From positions 1 to 64,000 of the forward strand of contig JBEIPA010000022.1 in NCBI GenBank assembly GCA_040377305.1: 64,000 bases of DNA, read 5' to 3'. The translations under genes were made by a program, and so were the position numbers. Under the pieces are notes generated by a model that had not been told where the DNA came from, made no database searches, and saw nothing but the letters and a program-made list of their open reading frames with translations. The DNA comes from Flavobacteriales bacterium (GTDB lineage Bacteria > Bacteroidota > Bacteroidia > Palsa-965). How positions within the stretch are numbered: position 1 is the stretch's first letter; every line of letters begins with the position of its first letter. Below, one piece after another: positions 48,615-57,568 of this stretch.

Positions 48615-49985
48615 TCAGGAACTTACTTTCACTTTCTTCCTGCCGTTTACTTTAAATACTTCCGGATTGTCGGTTGCTTCAATCGAAGTGTATTTGGCAG
48701 GCAGAATAATTTTACCGCGTTCATCCATCATTCCAAACAATTGCGTGTCGTCATCATAGTAGATGATACGATGCGGATTGAATCCGGGAAATGAGTAATT
48801 GTCGGTATAATAACCGCCTTCTACGATGGCAGGAATGTAAATGGAATCCTGTAAGACAGTTCCTGAATCGGCATCGATGAGCGCAAAACACGCCATGACT
48901 TCTTCTCCGTATTTTTTACTCGGCAATATTTCCCATCCGCTTACAAGCATGAGTGTTTGATTTTTCCGCTCGCCAAGGAACTGGTGGTAATAACAGGAGT
49001 TCCTGTATTTGGAGTTGCAAAATGTCCACCCTAAGGAGTCGTAGATGAAGAAGGAAGAATAGTAGGCCGAATCATCGCTCCATCCCATCGTAATGTGATT
49101 GTCGCTGTAGCCCAATGATTCAAAATGTGCGGGAAGCAATTCGTAGGAGTTTTTTGTTCTTCTCATAATTACGATGTGCGAAAAATCCGACTCGTATCCT
49201 TCATAGCTGGACCAGGGCGCAGCTGTTACATAATCGTCATTCAGCTTACTCGTAAGAACATAATTGTCTTCCGGTTTAGGATCTTTTCGCATCACCGATT
49301 GAAGGTCGTTTATGATGCGCTGCAGCCAGTGCCGACATTCTTCTCCCGACAGTTCATTCTTCGAAATGCGACGGTAAATGAAAGCATTTAAATCTCCACG
49401 TGTTTCTTTGAACGTCCAGGGTTGATCATCAATCACAGCTTGTTCTTTGGCGAAGTCAAGCGTGTCGATATAATTAAGTCCGCCCCGGAAAATGTTCAGG
49501 AAAGAATTCTGCTCAGGAACGCTCATCTCTGCAAATGCCTTCTGGTATACCGGCATTAGCCAGTTGTACATGGCTTCCTGTACAATTTTGTTGGAGATAA
49601 TTTCATCTTTGATTCTGGCGGCTTTGTCTAACCAATCGACTGAATTGATGTATTCGTAATCGGAATTCCCGAGAAGGATGAAGTGCGCATCCAGGCTAAA
49701 TGCGTCTTGTTCATTGATGTAGTGGCTCTGCAGATGTTGAAACTGAAAAGTGTTCACTGCGTCGTTTGCAGTCTCCCGAAAATTCACGTCAAATGGAAAC
49801 GCACCGCTAATGACAAGAGGTGTAGGAGGAATGTTGTAATCCATATCCGGAACCCCGTAGCCTCCGTCATTCGGGTGAACACGAATTGATCCGATGCTGT
49901 CGCCTTTAGGCAGAATCAACAAGCGGTTCTGTGCATTCATGCATACGCAAAGACAAACGAAGAAGCAGAGAAGTGAGGTTTTCAT
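48615..49985 (-). CDS. Secreted protein with C-terminal WG-like repeat
   Basis: Signal peptide MNA|Q; FGMMDERGKIILPAKY. Confidence 0.7.
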   Translation of the reverse strand: MKTSLLCFFVCLCVCMNAQNRLLILPKGDSIGSIRVHPNDGGYGVPDMDYNIPPTPLVISGAFPFDVNFRETANDAVNTFQFQHLQSHYINEQDAFSLDAHFILLGNSDYEYINSVDWLDKAARIKDEIISNKIVQEAMYNWLMPVYQKAFAEMSVPEQNSFLNIFRGGLNYIDTLDFAKEQAVIDDQPWTFKETRGDLNAFIYRRISKNELSGEECRHWLQRIINDLQSVMRKDPKPEDNYVLTSKLNDDYVTAAPWSSYEGYESDFSHIVIMRRTKNSYELLPAHFESLGYSDNHITMGWSDDSAYYSSFFIYDSLGWTFCNSKYRNSCYYHQFLGERKNQTLMLVSGWEILPSKKYGEEVMACFALIDADSGTVLQDSIYIPAIVEGGYYTDNYSFPGFNPHRIIYYDDDTQLFGMMDERGKIILPAKYTSIEATDNPEVFKVNGRKKVKVSS

Positions 49986-50115
49986 GGGTTTGGTTTTCGG
50001 GTGAACTAATGTAGTTGTTTATGGCAGGATGCATCCGAAAACCCGATTTCACACACGAATTGCGTGAATTCCTAATTATCTTCGATCTGAGTGACTTTAT
50101 CTTTGCGAGCATCTT

Positions 50116-50625
50116 ATGCAGGTTTTATCTCCCGTTATGTTGAAGTTGAAAAAGGCTGTTCTTGCTGATGCAAACGCAATATCGTCGCTGGCAGGAATTA
50201 TCTGGCGCATTCATTATCCGTCGATTATTGGAAGTGTTCAGGTCGAGTATATGCTCTCAACGATGCACACACCTGAAAAAGTTGCAGAACAAATGGAGCA
50301 GGGAACCTCGTTCGCCTTTATCCAGGACGGAGAAAAAACAATCGGCTACATTGCAACGAGTATTCCTGCGGATGGAGAATTGTTCATTCACAAATTCTAT
50401 GTTGATCCGCTATTACACGGAAAGGGAATCGGGAAACTGGTGTTCGATGAAATTCTCGATAACAATCCGCAAGCGAAAACAATTCGGCTTACTGTAAACC
50501 GCATGAACTACAAATCAATCAACTTCTACTTCAAGGTTGGATTTGTAATCGAAGAAGTGAAAGACTTCGATATCGGCGGTGGTTACTTCATGAATGACTT
50601 TGTGATGAAGTGGACTTCGAAGTAG
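50116..50625 (+). CDS. GNAT-family N-acetyltransferase
   Basis: IHKFYVDPLLHGKGIGK motif A; LTVNRMNYKSINFYFKVGF. Confidence 0.92.
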   Translation: MQVLSPVMLKLKKAVLADANAISSLAGIIWRIHYPSIIGSVQVEYMLSTMHTPEKVAEQMEQGTSFAFIQDGEKTIGYIATSIPADGELFIHKFYVDPLLHGKGIGKLVFDEILDNNPQAKTIRLTVNRMNYKSINFYFKVGFVIEEVKDFDIGGGYFMNDFVMKWTSK

Positions 50626-50634
50626 TAGCAAGTT

Positions 50635-50827
50635 GGAACGCGGATTTTGATTTTCGTTGTTTTCTTTTTCTTCGCCCGGATGATTCTGGTGATTTAAAGT
50701 TTGCGAATCAGATTTCATGAGATAGGTTTGTTAAGTTTCTCTCATGAAATCCCAAACCAATTGTGTTGCAAACAAAGCTGATCCGACGGAAAGACTAACA
50801 CGTTTCGGACATAAAAATCCGCGTTCT
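50635..50827. repeat. 193-bp rod-like palindromic element, copy B (inverted relative to copy A)
   Basis: GAACGCGGATTTT / AAAATCCGCGTTC termini; internal blocks shared with 11543-11737. Confidence 0.85.
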
Positions 50828-53294
50828 ACTTCCTTCTCGACATCGCCCCAGTGATGTATTGATAATCGAGGAAGTACAACACACGAACTGAAATCTGGTT
50901 GAGCTGAGGCGCGTTCATGGTTGTCTGGAAGTTGTACTTGTAGCTGTTGTTGATAACGTTCTCTTCACTCATCGTGTTGAGTTTGTAAGCAACCGATACA
51001 ATACTTCCAGGTGCAAATATCCAGGAGTAAACGACATCGGCATTGATCGAGTTGAAACTGAAATCGTGATTACCCGGATACGTCACGTAGTCGTGCAACG
51101 TTCCATCTTCCTGCAAGACATAGTAGTTGGTGTAGTCTCCGGTTGCCCAGTAGTGACGAGCATTAAGCGTAAGTGTCATGTCTTTCATGAACACGTAGCT
51201 TGCCGTAAACCAACCTTCGATGTTGCGGATGTTGCGTCTGCCGAAAACAATTGTACCATCATCTTCAATGTTCACCCAGCCACGATCGCCCCAGTCGGTA
51301 TGCACACCCGGAATTACCTGCATCGTCAAACGATCATTAGCCCTCCAGGTCAAACGGAATGAACCACCGATCCATGGATTTACAGGAATAGTTGGCGAAA
51401 TGAATGCCGTTTTTCCAGCGTAAAGTTCAATTCCCCAATTGAATTTCTTGGTGTAATTACTTCCGTACCCCATGAACACATTTTGAATTCGAGTTCGTAA
51501 GAATGAACGTCCGGCAACCCGAGGTTCGAAGTAATCATAGAAATCTACTGGATTAAATTCGAAGCCAACAAAATAGTTCGAGAAGTTTCGGAACTGGAAA
51601 TAGTTGAACCAGTTGATTCCAACGTAAGTTGGCTTTCCCGTTGTGAGGTTGTAATTGTAATTAACGCTTACATCGCTTGACGCGTAATTGAAAATCCCTT
51701 TCGGATTAAAGAGCTGGTACATTCCCCAGACGCGATTGGCAGCGAAGTTATTGTCGAACGTTACGCCGAGATCATCAGCATCCCAGAGTCTACTTAAAAC
51801 GTTTCGTGAAATTCCACCTTGCCAGGTTCCGCTGGTTTTGTCAATACCGATATTGTATTTGTAACCAATATCTGAAGTGAATTCACTGATCTCTGTCGAA
51901 ATAGGATACAATACGTTGCTCACCGCACCTTCAATTCGCATACGATACGTGTTCGCCTTGTTATTCAGAAAAGCACCAACGCCAGTAACGTTCGAACTGC
52001 GGTAACCGGCCGTGCGGATTACATTCGTATTGATGAAGTAAACCGAAGAGCTGTTTTGAATCTGTTTATCAATTACGAAGATGTTATAATTCGATCGGGG
52101 CTCGGTGAGAACATTTCGCTGGGCACCGGTAGTGGTGTCTTCTGCAATCGCGTAGGTGTTTTCAACGAAGGCATTCAGAATTCCGAGTCCTAATCCTTGA
52201 TTAGTTCGACCTGAAACTTTCGTCGCATTCAGCAATCGTGCACGACTTGGGTTTTTCATGAGGACCTCGTTCGAATCACATAAGTCGCTGGCACTGTAGA
52301 ACTGCGATGGAGTTTTTCCTATCCTGCGCGAATAGAAAAGATCGCCGCGCTGAAACAAGTCTACACCTTCCGTGAAGAAAGGGCGAAACTCCTGAAACGT
52401 TTGCTCGAACGCACCAAGATTCTTCACCACGTTATCACTTTGTACCTGTGAAAAGTCGGGAAGAAGCGTCATGTCGACCGTGAAGCTTTCATTGATTCCC
52501 CATTTCAGATCCATTCCACCTGCGAGGCTCAATTCGGGTTCTGAAGCACCAAAGCGATCGTCATCCTGAAGAATGGTGGTGAAGTAGGGCGTGAGTGAAA
52601 GTCTAACCGGTGGATCAATATCGTTCAGACCTTTGAGTAGTCCCCAGTACTTCTGACTGTTCGAAACGTTTTTCGGAGTGAGCGCCCACTGATCGAATTC
52701 GTTCCAGCGTGTAATCTGTCGCGTAATCTGCAATCCCCAATCGTGGTTGCCGGTGGGAAAGCGCAATGCGGACCAGGGAATAAGAATTTCGCAGATCCAT
52801 CCGTTCGCAACAATTTGAGTGGAGCTTTTCCACACCGCGTTGTAGTTGAAATCGGAAAAACGACTGTCGAACTGTACTCCAGATGCTGAAACACTGAAAT
52901 CGAATGCGTCCTGTTGTGTGTTGTACGTGTCAAACACAATACGGAACTGGTCGGCAACCAGATTGTAGTCGTCACGAATTCCAAGTTGCTTCACGATACT
53001 GTCGGGTGCATTGTCAAACATCATTGCGCCAACATAGATGCCCACGTTATCGTAAATGATTTTGACTTCGGTTTGATTGCGAACGTTTCCGTCTTCTACT
53101 GGATTGTTCTGACGGAAACCATCGGCAACTTCAATTCCCTGCCAGGCAGCGTCGTCTAGTGAACCGTCAATCTTAATAGCAGATGTAGTACGAGTCGTGA
53201 GATATTCCCGACGCACGATTACAGAATCCTCTCCCTCTTTACCGAACAGGGAAATGCAAAGGGCGATTGCAAGTCCGGTTAGTGTAGCCTTCAT
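50826..53294 (-). CDS. CBM9-like + DUF5916 outer-membrane protein
   Basis: IKIDGSLDDAAW, TEVKIIYD, EILIPWSALRF, PDFSQVQSD, EFRPFFTEG, LFYSRRIG; C-terminal barrel-like strands. Confidence 0.85.
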   Translation of the reverse strand: MKATLTGLAIALCISLFGKEGEDSVIVRREYLTTRTTSAIKIDGSLDDAAWQGIEVADGFRQNNPVEDGNVRNQTEVKIIYDNVGIYVGAMMFDNAPDSIVKQLGIRDDYNLVADQFRIVFDTYNTQQDAFDFSVSASGVQFDSRFSDFNYNAVWKSSTQIVANGWICEILIPWSALRFPTGNHDWGLQITRQITRWNEFDQWALTPKNVSNSQKYWGLLKGLNDIDPPVRLSLTPYFTTILQDDDRFGASEPELSLAGGMDLKWGINESFTVDMTLLPDFSQVQSDNVVKNLGAFEQTFQEFRPFFTEGVDLFQRGDLFYSRRIGKTPSQFYSASDLCDSNEVLMKNPSRARLLNATKVSGRTNQGLGLGILNAFVENTYAIAEDTTTGAQRNVLTEPRSNYNIFVIDKQIQNSSSVYFINTNVIRTAGYRSSNVTGVGAFLNNKANTYRMRIEGAVSNVLYPISTEISEFTSDIGYKYNIGIDKTSGTWQGGISRNVLSRLWDADDLGVTFDNNFAANRVWGMYQLFNPKGIFNYASSDVSVNYNYNLTTGKPTYVGINWFNYFQFRNFSNYFVGFEFNPVDFYDYFEPRVAGRSFLRTRIQNVFMGYGSNYTKKFNWGIELYAGKTAFISPTIPVNPWIGGSFRLTWRANDRLTMQVIPGVHTDWGDRGWVNIEDDGTIVFGRRNIRNIEGWFTASYVFMKDMTLTLNARHYWATGDYTNYYVLQEDGTLHDYVTYPGNHDFSFNSINADVVYSWIFAPGSIVSVAYKLNTMSEENVINNSYKYNFQTTMNAPQLNQISVRVLYFLDYQYITGAMSRRK

Positions 53295-53588
53295 AGCGTT
53301 TGTCGGGTCAACAATGCAAATGTATTCCAGTTAAATTCACGCACAAGTGAACAATGACTAGCGGGTGATAAAGAATGTGAAAGGGTTCAAAGTTCTATGT
53401 GCTCGGTTCTAAGTTCCGTCATTATAGAACAGATGCAGGTAACAGAACGTTGAAATGCTTGATTTAATCTTTGAACGGACGGATAATACGTTCGAGTCTA
53501 TTGTTTATCGGGCTTTATGCCGGAATGCCGGAACAGGTAATAGAACAAGATGACGACATTGAACACTTAGGAAACTGTACTTCGCAGA

Positions 53589-56500
53589 TCAAATTCTAAC
53601 CCCAACAATCGTCACATCATCCACCTGTTCCAAATCGCCTCTCCAGTTTTCGAATGTTTCCAGAATGATTTTCTTCTGATCATCCATTGACTCATGCGAA
53701 ATTGAAACGAGCAATTCCTTCAACGGCTTATACTTGAATTTTTTGCCTTTAGGACCACCGAATTGATCGGGCATACCGTCGGTCAGTGCGTAAACGCAGT
53801 CGCCTTTCTGCAGTTGGAATTCCTGCTCAGTGAAAGGAACGTTGTCTTTGTCATGTTTTCCAACCGGCATCTTATCTGCCAGCAATTCGATCATTTCCTT
53901 GTTGCGAACGATCCATACCGGATTATTTGCTCCGGCGAAAGTGAGTCGCTTATTTGCAAAGTCAAAACTGATGAGGCTGCAATCCATTCCGTCTTTCCCG
54001 CCGTCGGTGCTTCCATCTTTCGAAAGGGTATTTATTATCCGGCTTCTCGTAAAGTTCAGAATATGGGCTGGTGAAGTCTGATGCTCAAAATCTACCGCTT
54101 TCTCGAGGCAGGAAATATTCAACATGCTCATGATTGCTCCCGGAACGCCGTGACCTGTGCTATCCGCGGTTACTAAAGCAAATTGATTGTTGGATAGGAG
54201 AGAAGCCCAGTAGAAATCACCACTCACAATATCTTTTGGACGGAAGAATACGAAATGTTCAGGCAAATGAGTCCGCAATACATTATCGCTTGCCAGTAAC
54301 GCACGCTGAATTCGTTGCGCGTAATTGATGCTATCGATAATGTCCTTCTGTTTTTCTTCTACAAGATGTTTTTGTTCTACAACTTCCGCGGTTCTTTCTT
54401 CTACGGTTTGTTCCAGTTCCTTTTGACGAACACGAAGTTGTCTCGTTCTGAATCTGAAGAATCCAACCACCGAAGCGATGATGAATAACACAGTGCCACT
54501 TCTGAACCAGGTTGTTTCCCACCACGGCGGGCGAACTTCGAATGCATATTCAAAAGGTTCACTCCACACACCACTTTGATTCATCGCTTTTACTTTGAAC
54601 ACGTATTCACCGGGAGGAACGTTTCCGTAAGGTGCTTCTGTGCGTTCAGTAATTGAACTCCAGAATTCGTCAAGGTTTTCGAGCTTGTATTGGTACTTGA
54701 TGTGGTTACGGCTTTGCATGTGTACGCCGATGTAGTTGAACGTAATGTTGCTATTGTCGTACGGTAAGCTTAAATGTTGCGGCAAATTATACCAAGGAGA
54801 GATACTGTCAAATTCAATTCCACTCAGGAGAATGCCGTTCGAAAGAATGGAGTCTTTGGAAACACCACTAATAGTTTCGTTCCCTGTTGAGTCCATCGTA
54901 AGTGCCCCAAGACTAGTCCATGCAATGTTTTCTCCATAGAGTTTTAGACTTGAAACATTTACCGAAGGCGCAATTAAATCTGCTTGATCACCTTGTGGAT
55001 CGTAGCAAGTAAGAAAATCTGTTCCCCACCAAATTCGTCCCTTGCTATCTTGTAAAACAGAATTGCGACGACAGTTTAAACCTAAAAAACCATCATTATA
55101 ACCGTAATTATAAAAGAGTGCCTCTTTTATGGGATTGTAATTCTCATTTTTTTCAGCTAACCTTATTAGCTGTACCCGACCAACTTTACTTAATCCTTTT
55201 CGTGTACCGAACCAAATATTTCCATCTACATCCTGCACCATGTTTAGTACCGCATTATTTGACAGGCCTTCTTTCTCTGTAAAATTGGTAAAGGATTTCC
55301 CATCGTAACGGCACACGCCCCCGCCATTAGTGCCGAACCAAATCCCGACTTCTCCAGTCGGGACGGTTTTATCTTCTAAACCACAATAAACAAAATTATT
55401 TGACAGGCCTTCTTCCTCCGTAAAATTGGTAAATGATTTCCCATCGTAGCGAGAGACTCCGCCCTGAGTGCCGAACCAAAAGTTTCCGGTTTTATCTTCC
55501 AAAATACTCCAAACAGTATTATTTGACAAACCTTCTTTCTCTGTAAACTTCGTGAAGGATTTCCCATCGTAACGACACACGCCTCCGCCGTAAGTGCCGA
55601 ACCAGAGGTTTCCCGTTTTATCTTCTAAAATACTCGAAACAAAATTATCTGTCAGACCTTCTTTATCTGTAAAGTTCGTGAACGATTTCCCATCGTAACG
55701 ACACACGCCTCCGCCATTAGTGCCGAACCAAAGGTTTCCCGTTTTATCTTGTAAAATACTCAAAACAAAATTATTTGTCAGACCTTCTTTATCTGTAAAG
55801 TTCGTGAAGGACTTCCCATCGTAACGGCACACGCCCCCGCCATAAGTGCCGAACCAAAGGTTTCCGGTTTTATCTTCTAGCATACTCACAACAAGATTAT
55901 TGCCCAGCCCTTCATTCTCGGTAATATTGGTAAAGGATTTCCCATCGTAGCGAGAGACGCCGCTTCCAGCTGTGCCGAACCAAAGGTTTCCGGTTTTATC
56001 TTCTAAAATACTCTGAACAAGATTATTGCCCAGCCCTTCATTATCGGTAAAATTGGTAAAGGATTTAACAAGTTTTCCATCTTCTCTTTTAAGGTCCTGT
56101 TGATCGCTTAAAGGAATTTTTTCGCCGCGTTCAATCGCTTCCACGCGATTCCCATCGTAACGGCATATGCCCCCGCCATATGTGCCAAACCAAAGGTTTC
56201 CGATTTTATCTTCTACAATTGCACTCACAAAATTATTTGACAGACCCTCTTTCTGTGTAAAGTTCGCGAAGGATTCCCCATCGTAACGGCACACGCCCCC
56301 GCCATAAGTGCTGAACCAAAGGTTTCCCGTTTTATCTTCTAAAATTGAGGCAACAACATTATTTGACAGGCCTTCTTTCTCGGTAAAATTGGTAAATGAT
56401 TTCCCGTCGTAGCGACAGGCCCCGCTATCAGTGCCGAACCAAAGGTTTCCCGTTTTATCTTCTAAAATACTCCACACAACATTATTTGACAGGCCTTGTT

Positions 56501-57293
56501 TCTCTGTAAAATTGGTAAAGGTTTTCCCATTGTAACGACACACGCCCCCGCCATCAGTGCCGAACCAAAGGTTTCCCGTTTTATCTTCTAAAATTGCATT
56601 AACAACATTATTTGACAGGCCTTCTTTCTCTGTAAAGTTGGTAAAGGTTTTCCCATCGTAGCGACAGACCCCACCTTTAGTGCCGAACCAAAGGTTCCCC
56701 GTTTTATCTTCTAAAATACTCCAAACAAAATTATTTGACAGACCTTCTTTCTCTGTAAAATTCGTAAAGGATTTCCCGTCGTAACGAGACACGCCCCAGC
56801 CATAAGTGCCGAACCAGAGGTTTCCGGTTTTATCCTGTAACATTCCACGCACGTTATTATTCTTTAAACCTTGCAGCGTTTTATAAAAACAAAAATTAGC
56901 GGGGTTAACATCTTTCGACGCGGCATCTTTGGCAATAACTACTTCAGGAATTCCTGCCGGCACAACTTTACCTTTTGCAGGAACGGTCTTAGGTGTGGAG
57001 AAAGTATCTGTTCCGGGCGTGCATACTCTTGGTGTTCCAACCGGAATAACTGTTGGCTCTCCGGCAATGTGAACATTCAGATTTGTCGGAATCACTGTCG
57101 GCTCTCCAGCGGGAATAACAGTAGGCTCTCCAGCGGGGATTGTAATCGGTTTTGCAAAACTATCCGGATTCATCCAAACACCTTGCGAGTAGGTAATTTT
57201 TAACCCGTGTGTTGATGTTTGTTCTTCCTGATCTGAGTTACAAGATGTAAGCAGGGAAATGATGGCGCAAAGAATGAATGCAGAACGGATCAT
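53589..57293 (-). CDS. Sensor phosphatase: 14 Reg_prop blades + Y_Y_Y + TM + SpoIIE/PP2C domain
   Basis: Repeats FTNFTEKEGLSNN.V..ILEDKTGNLWFGT.GGGVCRYDGKS; YQYKL...Y.NVPPGEYVFKVKA; PPWWET-TM; SINYAQRIQ, VSGDFYW, ADSTGHGVPGA, DGMD, TDG..DQFGG, QVDD. Confidence 0.93.
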   Translation of the reverse strand: MIRSAFILCAIISLLTSCNSDQEEQTSTHGLKITYSQGVWMNPDSFAKPITIPAGEPTVIPAGEPTVIPTNLNVHIAGEPTVIPVGTPRVCTPGTDTFSTPKTVPAKGKVVPAGIPEVVIAKDAASKDVNPANFCFYKTLQGLKNNNVRGMLQDKTGNLWFGTYGWGVSRYDGKSFTNFTEKEGLSNNFVWSILEDKTGNLWFGTKGGVCRYDGKTFTNFTEKEGLSNNVVNAILEDKTGNLWFGTDGGGVCRYNGKTFTNFTEKQGLSNNVVWSILEDKTGNLWFGTDSGACRYDGKSFTNFTEKEGLSNNVVASILEDKTGNLWFSTYGGGVCRYDGESFANFTQKEGLSNNFVSAIVEDKIGNLWFGTYGGGICRYDGNRVEAIERGEKIPLSDQQDLKREDGKLVKSFTNFTDNEGLGNNLVQSILEDKTGNLWFGTAGSGVSRYDGKSFTNITENEGLGNNLVVSMLEDKTGNLWFGTYGGGVCRYDGKSFTNFTDKEGLTNNFVLSILQDKTGNLWFGTNGGGVCRYDGKSFTNFTDKEGLTDNFVSSILEDKTGNLWFGTYGGGVCRYDGKSFTKFTEKEGLSNNTVWSILEDKTGNFWFGTQGGVSRYDGKSFTNFTEEEGLSNNFVYCGLEDKTVPTGEVGIWFGTNGGGVCRYDGKSFTNFTEKEGLSNNAVLNMVQDVDGNIWFGTRKGLSKVGRVQLIRLAEKNENYNPIKEALFYNYGYNDGFLGLNCRRNSVLQDSKGRIWWGTDFLTCYDPQGDQADLIAPSVNVSSLKLYGENIAWTSLGALTMDSTGNETISGVSKDSILSNGILLSGIEFDSISPWYNLPQHLSLPYDNSNITFNYIGVHMQSRNHIKYQYKLENLDEFWSSITERTEAPYGNVPPGEYVFKVKAMNQSGVWSEPFEYAFEVRPPWWETTWFRSGTVLFIIASVVGFFRFRTRQLRVRQKELEQTVEERTAEVVEQKHLVEEKQKDIIDSINYAQRIQRALLASDNVLRTHLPEHFVFFRPKDIVSGDFYWASLLSNNQFALVTADSTGHGVPGAIMSMLNISCLEKAVDFEHQTSPAHILNFTRSRIINTLSKDGSTDGGKDGMDCSLISFDFANKRLTFAGANNPVWIVRNKEMIELLADKMPVGKHDKDNVPFTEQEFQLQKGDCVYALTDGMPDQFGGPKGKKFKYKPLKELLVSISHESMDDQKKIILETFENWRGDLEQVDDVTIVGVRI

Positions 57294-57513
57294 TATGAAA
57301 TTCCGGGGTTATTTATTCGCGGTTGGATTTTGATTCACGTGAAATAAAATCGTGGAGAGTAAATATATCTTTCTTTTAGATCGAATTGCAACGATGGGAA
57401 AAAAGTGCCGTAGTACAGAACGGGGGACTTCCCGATAGAGGCAGTGCTCGAAGTGACAGTTCACCACTTTTCAACATTTCACCACCATTAATCCCACACC
57501 TCGGAATGATTGC

Positions 57514-57521
57514 TATTTTTG
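57514..57521 (+). promoter_or_regulatory. -7 promoter element of sucC
   Basis: TATTTTTG matches TAnnTTTG, ~48 bp upstream of the ATG. Confidence 0.55.
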
Positions 57522-57568
57522 CCTGTCCGAACGCAATTGTAGGCGGACTATCCTTAAACCAAAACCAA

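Noticed and set aside
50759-50770. 12-mer AATTGTGTTGCA shared between element copy B and the tRNA-adjacent palindrome (19630-19641)
   Set aside because: It is absent from copy A and there is no further similarity, so it is probably chance.
55190-56870. Diversity-generating retroelement TR/VR pair
   Set aside because: Differences are not adenine-specific (AAT codons are retained), the repeats are all in-frame blades, and there is no reverse transcriptase.
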